From NCBI GenBank assembly GCA_041690135.1, contig JAWLHY010000002.1, positions 624,342 through 688,341 on the forward strand: a stretch of 64,000 bases of DNA. Direction: 5' to 3'. Made by a program: the position numbers and the translations under genes. Shown here in pieces: positions 36,481-49,743 of the stretch. Under the pieces are notes generated by a model, which was not told the origin of the DNA, searched no databases, and saw nothing but the letters and a program-made list of their open reading frames with translations. The first letter of the stretch is position 1; the number at the start of each line of letters is the position of its first letter. The DNA is from Armatimonadota bacterium (GTDB lineage Bacteria; Armatimonadota; SYMT01).

Positions 36481-36954
36481 ATGCCCAGGAAAGGACCGGC
36501 GCCCCGCCGCCGACTCAATTCAGATCCGGTCTACCACAGCGAGCTGGTGACCCGGTTCATCAACCGGATGCTGTTGGACGGTAAGCGCAGCACTGCCGAG
36601 CGCATCTTCTACGGCGCGATGGAAATCGTGGAAGAGCGGACCGGCGCTCCGGCGATTGAAGTGTTCGAGCGCGCGATGCGCAATGTAATGCCCGTGGTCG
36701 AGGTACGCCCTCGGCGCGTGGGTGGTGCGACTTACCAGGTGCCCGTCGAGGTCCGGCCGGACCGCCGCCAGGCCCTGGGGATCCGCTGGATGGTGGGCGC
36801 GGCACGCCGCCGGGCGGGCAAGACGATGATCGACCGGTTGTCCGCCGAGATCCTCGACGCCGCGAATAACACGGGCGCTTCCGTCAAGAAGCGCGAAGAC
36901 AGCCACCGCATGGCGGAAGCCAACAAGGCTTTCGGCCACTATCGGTGGTCCTAA
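36481..36954 (+). CDS. rpsG: 30S ribosomal protein S7
   Basis: [11 protein letters not shown]...[10 protein letters not shown]. Confidence 0.99.
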   Translation: MPRKGPAPRRRLNSDPVYHSELVTRFINRMLLDGKRSTAERIFYGAMEIVEERTGAPAIEVFERAMRNVMPVVEVRPRRVGGATYQVPVEVRPDRRQALGIRWMVGAARRRAGKTMIDRLSAEILDAANNTGASVKKREDSHRMAEANKAFGHYRWS

Positions 36955-37085
36955 CAGGATCCTTACCGGTCCTCTAGAGTGGATTAATCGGGGCGCAGTC
37001 TGCCGCCCGGAATTCTTACGGGTGGGCAGGCTGCGCTCTTGCGTCGCCGGGGGCCCCATTGGTGCCCGAGAGGTCAGGACGAGAA

Positions 37086-39179
<2,094 letters not shown>

Positions 39180-39222
39180 GCACTACGGTCGCTGTTGTTA
39201 CAACAGCGAATGGATAGAGAAC

Positions 39223-39266
39223 AGAACGGCCGGGGATCCTCGCGATCCCCGGCCGTTCTTCATTTT
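39223..39266 (+). terminator. Intrinsic terminator after fusA
   Basis: AGAACGGCCGGGGATC-loop-GATCCCCGGCCGTTCT followed by TCATTTT. Confidence 0.8.
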
Positions 39267-39765
39267 GGCCTTCCCGCACGGCGACTCGCGGAACCTCGCC
39301 CCACTCCGGTAACCGAGGGACAGTCCTGCCCCATTACGGAGTCCCGTCCCCAGACGGTGGTTTGCGACCCTGACCTGGAATCCCGTTAGCGTTCACCGAA
39401 CACGCCTGCGCCCACGCCCCGTTCGCGACCTACTGACCGGATCCGAACCCGTTCCTCCTAATCGGCAGCCGCCCGTACCCCCATCGCGACCCACGGACCG
39501 GATCCCGTCAACAGTTTTGCGAACTACCGCGAGAAGGCGGTACTCCGCACTCGCGCCCAGCGAGTGGAATCCAGGAGGCGATTACCTCGCCCGATGGCTG
39601 CCTCTCCCAAACCGCAGGTCCCCCACCACCTCTGGTCTCCCGTCGAAAAATGTTGGCAATTTGAGGGGGGGGTCATGTATACTTCACTCAAGCTCATTTA
39701 ACAACCAGCCGGTAACCATTGCAGTACCTCCCGCTACAGGCTCGATCCCGTCAGGAGTGCGCCCC

Positions 39766-40023
39766 ATGAATTCCGGTATCTGCTATGTTCCCACCCCCGC
39801 CGAACGCGAGGTGCTGCAGGCCCTCGTCGACTACGGCGAAGTTCCCGCCGCTGCTGCCGCGTCTTGCCGGTCCCCGCACACCATCGAGGCGCACCTGGCT
39901 CGCCTGCGTGACGCCACTGGTCTCCGCCGGCTCCACCAACTCACCGCCTTCGATGGCAACGGCGATGTCGTTGGTGGGCACAACGTGAGCCACTCCTTCG
40001 CTGTCGTAGAAACAGGACCCTGA
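39766..40023 (+). CDS. Small LuxR-type HTH protein, possibly chimeric or truncated
   Basis: TPAEREVLQAL...S.HTIEAHLARLRDATG...LHQL LuxR pattern, followed by an unrelated-looking tail. Confidence 0.55.
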   Translation: MNSGICYVPTPAEREVLQALVDYGEVPAAAAASCRSPHTIEAHLARLRDATGLRRLHQLTAFDGNGDVVGGHNVSHSFAVVETGP

Positions 40024-40024
40024 C

Positions 40025-41755
40025 ATGAGTGGCGGAGATCCACGCAGGATGGCATTCAGATTGGCCCCGTACGCGTTGGTGTTTTTCTCTGCTGTCGCAT
40101 TGGGTGCAGCGCGCGGCGATTCCGACACGGAGTCGCCGCCGTCTGTCCTCTTTCCGGAGGATCATCGTCTGGTCAAGACGGTTCGGGTGAGCCGCCCACG
40201 GGTCTATCTCGGCGAACTACTGGAGCAGTTGTCCGATCAGTCCGGCGTGCGCCTCCTGGCAGAAGACGGCAAGGGCCCCTTGGACGGAGTGCAACTTACT
40301 GCCCTTCTGCGCGATCGCCCGCTCCGGGAAGGCATGGCAGCGCTGGCCGATCTTCTGACCACCGCCTATCATCGCTTCGAGTGGCGCAAAAGCGGACAGG
40401 CTTATACCTTACGCCACTACCCGACGTTCGGCGAGGCAGCATCCATGGCACGCGCGCGCCTGCTGGCCGACTGGATGGCGGACGTGCGGTTCGCTCACGG
40501 CCTGGCGGCACTCCCGGAGGCCGCACGCACGGCCCAGGCCGCGTCTCGGCGCAGCCTCTTCGGCAAAGCCGAACCTCCTCATCGATATCTGGCGCTTCTG
40601 GGGAAACTCAGCCAGCCAGACCTCGATGCGGTGTTCCGTGGGGTTCAGGTGCCCCTCGATCCTGGAAAACTGGGGACGGCCGATCACGAAGCGTTGAAGC
40701 TCGGCGTACGTGGAGATGCAGGCGCTGCCGTCGCGAAACCGGTGGCCCCGGCCCTCTACGTCGCCTGGGACCGCCGCGAAGTCGGACCGGTCCTGTGGGT
40801 CCGCAATCACACGCGTGCCGCCGTGAGCGTCGTAGGCGGTTTCGCCTGGGACGGGCGATGGCTCGAGAGCCGCGAGACGGGCTGGAAAGGCTTGACCGAC
40901 CCCGAAGCGCAGGAGTTACAGCAGCGCCGAGCGCGCAACGGCGGTGGTGTCGGCACGCGGGTTGCGGATGCTACGCTGCCGGATTGGCTCAAGCGGGCGG
41001 CCGGAGCCCACGGGGTCAGCATCCTGGCGGACCCTGTGCTGCCGCGGGGCGGACGGAGCGTGAGCGGCTCGGCTCGTCTCGGCGTCAACTCCGACCAGAC
41101 CATGCTCCACGTTGTGTTGAGCGCCTACGCCTCCTGGCGGAAGACTGGAGAGATCCATCTCCTCCGCGACAAGACCGCCCTGGTCCACGCCCGCGAACAT
41201 CTTGTGCCGTGGAAGCAGATCCGCGGGTGGCGCTCGGTCTGCACGGAGAGTGAGGGGTATCTACGTCTGGAATCCCTAGCCGAAATGTCCGAACTCACCG
41301 GCGCCCAACTCGAGGGGCTCGCCGAAGAGTTTCCGGATGCGCGCGCCAACCTCGTGCAGCAGTGGCGCGGTATCCTGCGCTTCTACTCCCTCCTGGATCG
41401 CACAGCGCGCAAAAAGCTGCTGGGCGAAGGCGGCCTGCGCTACCCGGACGCCGGCGTGGTCGCCCGGGCGGCGCTTACTGAGACCAACCCGGCAGAGCGC
41501 CCAACTCCGGGACCGGGTGAAGCCCCGGCCAACGCTCCACGCCCGCCCATACGGTCCGATGTGCGCGGCCTCCCACTGCTGGCGGAGTTTTCCAGCCGGG
41601 CGGTGCTGCATCTTGCCTTCGAGAAGCTACGCATTCCCGGGCGCGATGGAGAAACCGACCGGTACATGATCAAGTGGACCGTGACCGTACCGGGAGAGCG
41701 ACAGCACGAGGCCCGCCAGTTCCTCACCCCCCGTCGCCCGCTCAGACCGGAGTAG
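40025..41755 (+). CDS. Hypothetical secreted protein (STN/secretin-N-like N-terminus); paralog of the next gene
   Basis: Signal peptide; LGELLEQLSDQSGVRL; ...EGYLRL...QLEGLAEEFPDA. Confidence 0.8.
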   Translation: MSGGDPRRMAFRLAPYALVFFSAVALGAARGDSDTESPPSVLFPEDHRLVKTVRVSRPRVYLGELLEQLSDQSGVRLLAEDGKGPLDGVQLTALLRDRPLREGMAALADLLTTAYHRFEWRKSGQAYTLRHYPTFGEAASMARARLLADWMADVRFAHGLAALPEAARTAQAASRRSLFGKAEPPHRYLALLGKLSQPDLDAVFRGVQVPLDPGKLGTADHEALKLGVRGDAGAAVAKPVAPALYVAWDRREVGPVLWVRNHTRAAVSVVGGFAWDGRWLESRETGWKGLTDPEAQELQQRRARNGGGVGTRVADATLPDWLKRAAGAHGVSILADPVLPRGGRSVSGSARLGVNSDQTMLHVVLSAYASWRKTGEIHLLRDKTALVHAREHLVPWKQIRGWRSVCTESEGYLRLESLAEMSELTGAQLEGLAEEFPDARANLVQQWRGILRFYSLLDRTARKKLLGEGGLRYPDAGVVARAALTETNPAERPTPGPGEAPANAPRPPIRSDVRGLPLLAEFSSRAVLHLAFEKLRIPGRDGETDRYMIKWTVTVPGERQHEARQFLTPRRPLRPE

Positions 41756-41894
41756 CGGCCGTCGTCGGTTTGCCGAGGACACTGAGCCCAGGCTGTGTTC
41801 CCGAACCTGGTCCGAGGGTCTGACCACTCATCCTCGGAATTCGATGGTAGCTCGATCTGCTCCCCCGAATGGGAACTGCTGCAAACACAGAGCT

Positions 41895-43553
41895 ATGAAG
41901 ATGCAGCGTCGCATTTTGCTCAAGGGGTGCTGCAACCTATCGCTGGTGGGACTGCTGCTGCAGCTCACGACCCAAACTGCCGCGACTGCAGAAGGCGGCG
42001 GAGATAGGCTTCTCTGGAAGGAAGCTCGTCTCGCCGGGAGAGTTACACTGCGAGAGCAGCAGATCACGATCGGCGAACTGCTCGAGAAGGTGGGAGCCGA
42101 GTGCGGAGTAGCTCTGGAGGCCGACGACCGGATCGCTCCGATCTCCGGCTACCACGTGACAGCCGTCTTCCGGGAGTGTCCGGCGCGTGAGCTCCTCTCT
42201 GCACTGGCCTCCCTCTATCGAATGCCCCCGGATCGGTGGTACTGGGAGCGCACCTCGCGACGCGGCAAACGGACTTACATCCTCCGCTGTACGTTGCCGC
42301 CCGAGGCGGAACTCGTGGCACGCGAAGAGTTCGGCCAGCAGTTCCGCCTCGACCAGCGGCGCCGGCGTGCCGCGTACTATGCCGCTTCCCCGGAAGTCCG
42401 GGCACGAATGGCCCGGACGGATCCCATGCTGGCGGCCGTGACCCCCCGCTCACCGGGGTTCTTCTCCTTCATCGCACCGCTTACCGACGTTGAGTTGCGC
42501 TCCATCGCAAACGGCCAGCAGATCGACATCCCCGCGGAACGCTGGACCCCTGAGCAAAGGGCGTTCATCCGGGAGGAGTTCCGCATTGCCAATCTCCTGG
42601 GCCGCCCAGGTGTCACCCAACCGGAAGAACTGACCCAGGTACGCCTCCGCTACAACGGCGAGGGAACGGTCGTCCTGGATCTCGGCCCCGTCGGCGCCCA
42701 CGGTGTCCTCGGCGGAATCTGGCTCCAGAAAGCCAACCGTGAAAACGACCTGCGGCGCTGGGTGGGAGACGGCGATACCACGGATGCTCCCGACCTGACC
42801 CTCCCCGCGCCTGATGAGCGGGGAAGCACCAGACCTGAAGATCTCGTGATCCGGGGCGAAACCGCGGATGCCGTCCTCTTCCGTCTGGCAAGACTCGGCC
42901 GGTTGAATCTGCTCTTCGACTCCCCGCCTCGGGTCCTGGGTCACCGCAACACCCCGAATTACGGACTGGCGGGACCCCTCCCACAGGTGCTGGCCGCTAT
43001 GGGGAAACAGGACCTCATCTGGAAACGTCGGGGGAAAGTCCTGCTTTTCCGCCGTCCGGACTGGGCAGCGGCGCGAACAGAGCGCGTTCTGCCGTGGGCG
43101 GTGGTCCGCGACCTGCGCGCCTCCGCGGCCGCGAACGGTGGCTACCTGCGGCCACAGGACTGGCTACGCCTTGCTGCCTTCGACCGGGCACAGTTGGACA
43201 GTCTCTCCGAAGAGTTTCCGGACGCTGGGAAACTGGCTTACTACCAGCTCCTGTTACGGCTTTACGGCGCGATGAGCCGGCGGGAGCAAACCGCCTGCCA
43301 ACGCCCCCAGGGAGCCGGCTGGCAGGACTGGACCAACGAAACGCGCCGGCGGCTGGAAGTCCTCTATCCACCGGCCGACGCCCGTCGCGCAGTTCTCTTG
43401 GTGCAGTGGGACACCGAGAAAAAGCCCCCACAGGCACGCTTCTATATGGGCAGCGGCCTGACAGCACCGGCAATCCGCGTCATAACCTTCGAAGCCCGCC
43501 GAGAGCCCGACGCGGCCTCCACGCATCCGCGCCGCCCGAGGCCCGAGAGGTGA
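41895..43553 (+). CDS. Hypothetical secreted protein (STN/secretin-N-like N-terminus); paralog of the previous gene
   Basis: Signal peptide; IGELLEKVGAECGVAL; ...GGYLRP...QLDSLSEEFPDA. Confidence 0.8.
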   Translation: MKMQRRILLKGCCNLSLVGLLLQLTTQTAATAEGGGDRLLWKEARLAGRVTLREQQITIGELLEKVGAECGVALEADDRIAPISGYHVTAVFRECPARELLSALASLYRMPPDRWYWERTSRRGKRTYILRCTLPPEAELVAREEFGQQFRLDQRRRRAAYYAASPEVRARMARTDPMLAAVTPRSPGFFSFIAPLTDVELRSIANGQQIDIPAERWTPEQRAFIREEFRIANLLGRPGVTQPEELTQVRLRYNGEGTVVLDLGPVGAHGVLGGIWLQKANRENDLRRWVGDGDTTDAPDLTLPAPDERGSTRPEDLVIRGETADAVLFRLARLGRLNLLFDSPPRVLGHRNTPNYGLAGPLPQVLAAMGKQDLIWKRRGKVLLFRRPDWAAARTERVLPWAVVRDLRASAAANGGYLRPQDWLRLAAFDRAQLDSLSEEFPDAGKLAYYQLLLRLYGAMSRREQTACQRPQGAGWQDWTNETRRRLEVLYPPADARRAVLLVQWDTEKKPPQARFYMGSGLTAPAIRVITFEARREPDAASTHPRRPRPER

Positions 43554-43929
43554 CCACTGAACACTGGAACGGGATCTCGTCCCATTCACCGCACAGCGCC
43601 GTGGACTCCCACGGTGCTCGCGATCCAGGAACGGGATCCCGCGCCGTTTTCTCACAAACCCCGCGTCCCCTATCGCGACATACCCCCTGAGGAGACACTG
43701 TCGCTAAAATCAATGCCGTGTGCCAGCCGACACAACGGGATCAACCCCCGAACTGCGGAATGGAACGGCGTCGCATTCCCTACGGCTCCAACGTCCCTCA
43801 TTCCTCCAAACTACCAACACTACCTCATTAGGATGGGACTCCCACCTTCCACTTCCGACCACCGACATCCTACCATCCAGCCTGGCAGCGCCTCCCAGCC
43901 AAACCGTACCTGTAACGACCAGAAGGATC

Positions 43930-44092
43930 TCAGCCTTCCAGCCTTCAACCGTCCAACCCAGAAGCCAGTTCTGCCAACCTGCACCTTCTTTGTGCCTTCC
44001 GTTTTCCAACCTTCAACCTGCAAACCTCCAACCGCTGGCCCCCCAACCCCCAAGCCCCAACCTTCCACCTTCCACCTTCAACCTTCAAACCC
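43930..44092. repeat. CAACCTT-type heptamer array (reverse complement of GGTTGAA family)
   Basis: caaccttcaacctgcaaacctccaa; ccaaccttccaccttccaccttcaaccttcaaac. Confidence 0.75.
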
Positions 44093-44134
44093 AAAGGCAC
44101 CCTCCGCCAAACCGCACCCCCTCTCAAATAACCG

Positions 44135-44163
44135 TTGACACGCACGCCTCACCCTGCTACGAT
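44135..44163 (+). promoter_or_regulatory. sigma70 promoter for tuf-S10 operon
   Basis: TTGACA-17 bp-TACGAT with extended -10 TGn. Confidence 0.8.
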
Positions 44164-44713
44164 ACGCAGGTTCGCGACCTGACCCCACGGGGAAAACGGT
44201 CCGAACGAACGCAATTGAGTTTGCGTACGTCGCGGTTGTAACTTCCACGGCCCCTGGCCGCGATCCGGAGAAATACCGGACCTTAGGCGGCGAGCACTGT
44301 GTCTGCCGGGCGACGACGGTAGACCGCCAGTGGAATGCGGAGAGTTCCCATGAATTCTCCACCGTTGCAGGTCTCCCTCTGGGAGAGGACTGCGAAAGCG
44401 GATTTTCGGCGGAGACGCGTGGCGGCCTCCGTGCGGGCGAGAGCGCGCATGGCCACGTTTCGTGTCACGCCATCCCGGGTGGCGCCACCACCCGAGCCCG
44501 CAGGGCTCCAAGCCGCGGGTGCACGAGCGAAGTGCGCCCGCCCGGTAGAGGAGTACGTCGCCTGCGGTTGTACTGAGTGGCGGGTCGAGATCTTGCAGGC
44601 CTCCCGCAGCGGGTGGCTGCGGCTGCAGGATGTGCGTGACGCACGGGCCGGGCCATGGCCTGGCGAGCGCCGCCGATGAGGCGGAAACGGATCCAATACG
44701 AACGGGAGCTACT

Positions 44714-45898
<1,185 letters not shown>

Positions 45899-45910
45899 GA
45901 TAACGGCGCG

Positions 45911-45962
45911 AAGGGAGGGCAGCCCCCCAGGGGTTGCCCTCCCTTCCCTTTGCCCGAGGGAA
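45911..45962 (+). promoter_or_regulatory. Hairpin(s) between tuf and rpsJ (terminator/attenuator-like)
   Basis: AAGGGAGGGCAGCCCC/GGGGTTGCCCTCCCTT stem followed by a pyrimidine tract. A second hairpin TTCCCT..AGGGAA covers the rpsJ SD. Confidence 0.55.
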
Positions 45963-45965
45963 ACT

Positions 45966-46274
45966 ATGCGACGACAGAAGGTTCGCATCCGGCTCAAGGC
46001 GTTCGATCACCAGATCATCGACCAGTCCGCCGGCAAAATCGTTGAAACGGCCCGCCGCACCGGCGCCCGGATCTCCGGACCCGTGCCGCTGCCCACAGAG
46101 AAGAACATCTTCTGCGTGAACCGCGGCCCGACCATCGACAAAGAATCGATGGAGCACTTTGAGATGCGCACGCACAAGCGGCTGATCGACATCCTGGACC
46201 CGGGTCCCAAGACGATCGACGCCTTGATGCGCCTCGACCTGCCGAGCGGGGTCGATATCGAAATCAAGCTGTAA
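45966..46274 (+). CDS. rpsJ: 30S ribosomal protein S10
   Basis: RIRLKAFDH...GPVPLPT...[11 protein letters not shown]. Confidence 0.99.
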   Translation: MRRQKVRIRLKAFDHQIIDQSAGKIVETARRTGARISGPVPLPTEKNIFCVNRGPTIDKESMEHFEMRTHKRLIDILDPGPKTIDALMRLDLPSGVDIEIKL

Positions 46275-46377
46275 GGGGACGCCGGGCGCCCCTGGGACAG
46301 CCGTTCCGGAGCGGTGGCAGTAGCTCGCGACTGCGGAGTGCCGCCCGGAAGGGCTGAGGACAGAGATAGAAGCAGCA

Positions 46378-47028
46378 ATGGTCAAGTCAATCCTGGGCAG
46401 GAAAGTAGGGATGACGCAGATCTTCGACGAGAAGGGACGCGTAGTCCCGGTCACGGTCGTTGAAGCGGGCCCCTGCATCGTCACCCAGAAGAAGACGATC
46501 GAGACCGACGGGTACGAGGCCATCCAGGTCGGCTATGGCGAGGCTAAGCCGTACGCCAAGGGCGCGAAGGGGCGCGGGCGGGCACGCCTGAACAAGCCGG
46601 AGCAGGGCCACCTGGAGAAGAACAGCCTGCCCGCGCGGCGGCACCTGCGGGAGATCCGCATGCCGGGCGTGGAGAACGTGAACGTCGGAGACGAGATCAA
46701 GGTCGACGTCTTCTCGGTCGGGGATCTGGTGGACGTGACCGGTACGTCCAAAGGAAAAGGTTTTGCGGGCGTCGTCAAGCGCTACCACTGGCACGGTGCC
46801 GACATGACGCACGGCTCCATGGTCCATCGTAAGCCGCAGTCGGCGGGTGCGACGGACGCCGCGCGCATCTTCAAGAACGTCGGTCGGCCCGGTCACATGG
46901 GGCACGAGCGGGTTACGGTCAAGCGTCTGCAGGTCGTCCGCGTGGACGGCGAGCGGGGCGTGATCCTGATCCGGGGCTCCGTGCCCGGCCCGAACGGCAC
47001 CCTCTTGACGATTAGGGAGGCCAAGTAA
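46378..47028 (+). CDS. rplC: 50S ribosomal protein L3
   Basis: [10 protein letters not shown]...[12 protein letters not shown]. Confidence 0.99.
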   Translation: MVKSILGRKVGMTQIFDEKGRVVPVTVVEAGPCIVTQKKTIETDGYEAIQVGYGEAKPYAKGAKGRGRARLNKPEQGHLEKNSLPARRHLREIRMPGVENVNVGDEIKVDVFSVGDLVDVTGTSKGKGFAGVVKRYHWHGADMTHGSMVHRKPQSAGATDAARIFKNVGRPGHMGHERVTVKRLQVVRVDGERGVILIRGSVPGPNGTLLTIREAK

Positions 47029-47029
47029 G

Positions 47030-47656
47030 ATGCCATCGGCACCACTCTACAGCGCGGCTGGTGAGCGCGTCGGCGAGCTGGAACTGGCGGAGACGATCTT
47101 CGGGCAGGCCGTCCGGGTCGACCTGGTGCACCAGGCCGTGGAACGGGAACTGTCGAACCGCCGCCAGGGCACGCACGATACGAAGAGCCGCCGCGAAGTT
47201 CGCGGCGGTGGTAGGAAGCCCTACCGCCAGAAGGGCACCGGTCGTGCCCGGCAGGGGAGCATTCGTGCCCCGCACTACCGCCACGGCGGCATCGTGCACG
47301 GGCCCACCCCGCGCGATCACGACAAGGATATGCCCCGCAAGATGCGGCGAGCGGCGTTCCGCAGCGCCCTTTCGGCCAAGGCGGCCGACGGCGGTATTCG
47401 CATTCTGGAAGGTCTGGAAGTTGCCGAGATCAGCACGAAGCAGTTCGCGCAGTGGCTCGGCCGGCTGGAACCGGGAGCGAAAGTCGTACTCGTCCTGTCC
47501 GAACGGAACGAGAACGCTGCGCTGTCGGCGCGCAACCTGCCGAACGTGAAGGTGATTGTTCTTCCCGGTCTTTCGACCTACGAAGTGGTGAAGAACGAGA
47601 CCCTGATCCTGACGCGGGATGCCGTCACGAAGATCGAGGAGCTCTACACGGCATGA
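47030..47656 (+). CDS. rplD: 50S ribosomal protein L4
   Basis: KPYRQKGTGRARQGSIR. Confidence 0.99.
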   Translation: MPSAPLYSAAGERVGELELAETIFGQAVRVDLVHQAVERELSNRRQGTHDTKSRREVRGGGRKPYRQKGTGRARQGSIRAPHYRHGGIVHGPTPRDHDKDMPRKMRRAAFRSALSAKAADGGIRILEGLEVAEISTKQFAQWLGRLEPGAKVVLVLSERNENAALSARNLPNVKVIVLPGLSTYEVVKNETLILTRDAVTKIEELYTA

Positions 47657-47955
47657 AAGACGCTACAGAAGTCATCGTTCGGCCGCTCCTTACGGAGAAG
47701 AGCACCCTCCTGCAGCGGCTGAACAAGTACACCTTCGAAGTGGCGAAAGACGCGACGAAGATCGAGATCCAGAAGGCCATCGAGCAACTGGGTCGCTGCG
47801 AGGTGGACAAGGTCAATACCCTGGTCGTGAAGGGGAAGGTCCGCCGCCGCGGTAACCGGGTCGGTCGCACCGCCGACTGGAAGAAGGCGGTCGTCACCCT
47901 GAAAGACGGGGAGTCCCTGGGCGGAGTCCTGGGGCAGGCTTACGAGAACCTCTAG
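47653..47955 (+). CDS. rplW: 50S ribosomal protein L23
   Basis: RPLLTEKS...KYTFEV...WKKAVVTL; ATGA overlap with rplD. Confidence 0.98.
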   Translation: MKDATEVIVRPLLTEKSTLLQRLNKYTFEVAKDATKIEIQKAIEQLGRCEVDKVNTLVVKGKVRRRGNRVGRTADWKKAVVTLKDGESLGGVLGQAYENL

Positions 47956-47957
47956 CC

Positions 47958-48788
47958 ATGGCTATTGAGAAATACAAACCGACTTCGGCCGGTCGTCGCT
48001 TCGGCTCGGTCTCCTCTTTCAAGGAGATCACCAAGGACGAGCCCGAGAAGTCCCTGCTCCGGCCGATCAAGAAGACCGGCGGCCGCAATCACCGCGGCGT
48101 GGTGACCTCGCGTCACCGCGGCGGTGGCAACAAGCGGCAGTACCGGGTGATCGACTTCAAGCGGGACAAGGAAGGCGTACCCGGCAAGGTCGCGTCGATC
48201 GAGTACGATCCCAACCGGTCCGCGCGCATCGCCCTGGTGGTTTACCGGGACGGCGAGAAGCGCTACATCCTCGCCCCGCAAGGGCTGCAGGTGGGCCAGG
48301 AGATCGTCTCCGCGGAAGCGGCGGACATCCGCGTGGGCAACGCGATGAAGCTCCGCAACATTCCCGTGGGCACGCAGATCCACGCCATCGAGCTCCAGCC
48401 GAACCGCGGCGCCCAGATGGTGCGCAGCGCCGGCACCGGCGCGCAGTTGATGGCGAAGGAAGGCAAGTACGCCCAGGTGCGCCTCCCTAGCGGGGAGACG
48501 CGCATGGTGCTGCTGGAGTGCCGCGCCACCATCGGTGTCGTCGGCAACAACGACCACGAGAACATTTCGCTCGGTAAGGCCGGACGAAAGCGTTACCTCG
48601 GGCAGCGGCCGCACGTCCGCGGTGTGACGATGAACCCGCGCGACCATCCCCACGGGGGTGGCGAGGGTAAAGCGCCCGTGGGTCGCAGCGGTCCCGTCAC
48701 TCCCTGGGGCAAGCCGGCTCTGGGCTACAAGACGCGGCGTAACAAGGCGACGGATAAGTTCATCGTCAAGCGGCGCGGCCAGCGGTAA
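47958..48788 (+). CDS. rplB: 50S ribosomal protein L2
   Basis: IEYDPNRSA...[13 protein letters not shown]. Confidence 0.99.
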   Translation: MAIEKYKPTSAGRRFGSVSSFKEITKDEPEKSLLRPIKKTGGRNHRGVVTSRHRGGGNKRQYRVIDFKRDKEGVPGKVASIEYDPNRSARIALVVYRDGEKRYILAPQGLQVGQEIVSAEAADIRVGNAMKLRNIPVGTQIHAIELQPNRGAQMVRSAGTGAQLMAKEGKYAQVRLPSGETRMVLLECRATIGVVGNNDHENISLGKAGRKRYLGQRPHVRGVTMNPRDHPHGGGEGKAPVGRSGPVTPWGKPALGYKTRRNKATDKFIVKRRGQR

Positions 48789-48807
48789 CGCGTAGAGGGA
48801 TCAAGAG

Positions 48808-49095
48808 ATGGGCAGGTCACTGAAAAAGGGTCCCTATGCGGACCCCAAGCTGCTGGCGAAGATCGACGAGATGAACGACCGGGGCGAGAAGCGCATCATC
48901 AAGACGTGGTCTCGCCGGTCGACCATCTTCCCGAGCTTCATCGGCCATACGATCGCGGTGCACAACGGTAAAACCCACGTGCCCGTATTCGTCACGGAAA
49001 ACATGGTGGGCCACAAGCTCGGCGAGTTCGCCCTCACCCGCACCTACAAGGGTCACGCGGGCGGGCCTCGCGAGCGCTCCAGCGGGCTCCGGTAG
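48808..49095 (+). CDS. rpsS: 30S ribosomal protein S19
   Basis: RSLKKGP...KTWSRRS...GHKLGEF. Confidence 0.99.
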   Translation: MGRSLKKGPYADPKLLAKIDEMNDRGEKRIIKTWSRRSTIFPSFIGHTIAVHNGKTHVPVFVTENMVGHKLGEFALTRTYKGHAGGPRERSSGLR

Positions 49096-49121
49096 TCAAC
49101 GGTTAAGAGAGGCTAACGAAG

Positions 49122-49727
49122 ATGCCTGAGTATCTGGGAGGCCCCGGGCTCCGAAAGATCGTGCGCGCCGGCACGGATAAGGCGGCGTTCAAGCGCGTTT
49201 CGGTGCAGGCGGCGGGACAGGTGGCCGTGGTAACGGTTCACACGGTCAAGCCGGACGCACTGGAGCAGCGCCGCAACGCGGACCTCGTGCCCGGTTTGGA
49301 AAAGGCGCTCAAGAAGAGCGTCACGGTGCAGGTTCAGCCGGAAGCACAGGCCGTGCACAAGTTCGTGCGGGTATCGCCGACGAAGGCCCGGCGCATCATG
49401 GACGAGGTACGCGGAAAGTACGTGGACGAGGCGCTGGCGATTCTCCAGTTCCTTCCGAACCGTGCTGCTCGCTACGTCGCCAAGCTGATCCGCTCCGCGG
49501 CGGCCAACGCCTACGAGGGGTGGGGCGCCGACCCGGCCGAACTGAAGGTTGCCCTGCTGACGGCCGACCCCGGCCCGACGTGGAAGCGCATCCAGCCCCG
49601 CGCGATGGGACGGGCCTATCGAATTCTAAAGCGAACGGCTCACCTCACCGTGGCGGTGCAGGCTGCCGAGCCGCGCGCGACGAAGGGCGGTCGGCGGCGC
49701 GGTCGATCCGCGGTGACGCGGGCTTAG
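49122..49727 (+). CDS. rplV: 50S ribosomal protein L22 with an N-terminal S3-like KH-domain extension of about 73 aa
   Basis: L22 core [17 protein letters not shown]...[16 protein letters not shown] starts near residue 74; ATG 49122 has SD GAGAGG. Confidence 0.95.
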   Translation: MPEYLGGPGLRKIVRAGTDKAAFKRVSVQAAGQVAVVTVHTVKPDALEQRRNADLVPGLEKALKKSVTVQVQPEAQAVHKFVRVSPTKARRIMDEVRGKYVDEALAILQFLPNRAARYVAKLIRSAAANAYEGWGADPAELKVALLTADPGPTWKRIQPRAMGRAYRILKRTAHLTVAVQAAEPRATKGGRRRGRSAVTRA

Positions 49728-49743
49728 GCCGGCGGAGAAGACT

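Noticed and set aside
39180-44134. Insert as prophage or IS element
   Set aside because: No integrase, transposase, terminal inverted repeats or target duplication visible.
43554-44138. ORFs 43614-44138 and 43720-44241 as genes
   Set aside because: Their low-complexity translation (QPSTF...) comes from heptamer repeats; no family motif.
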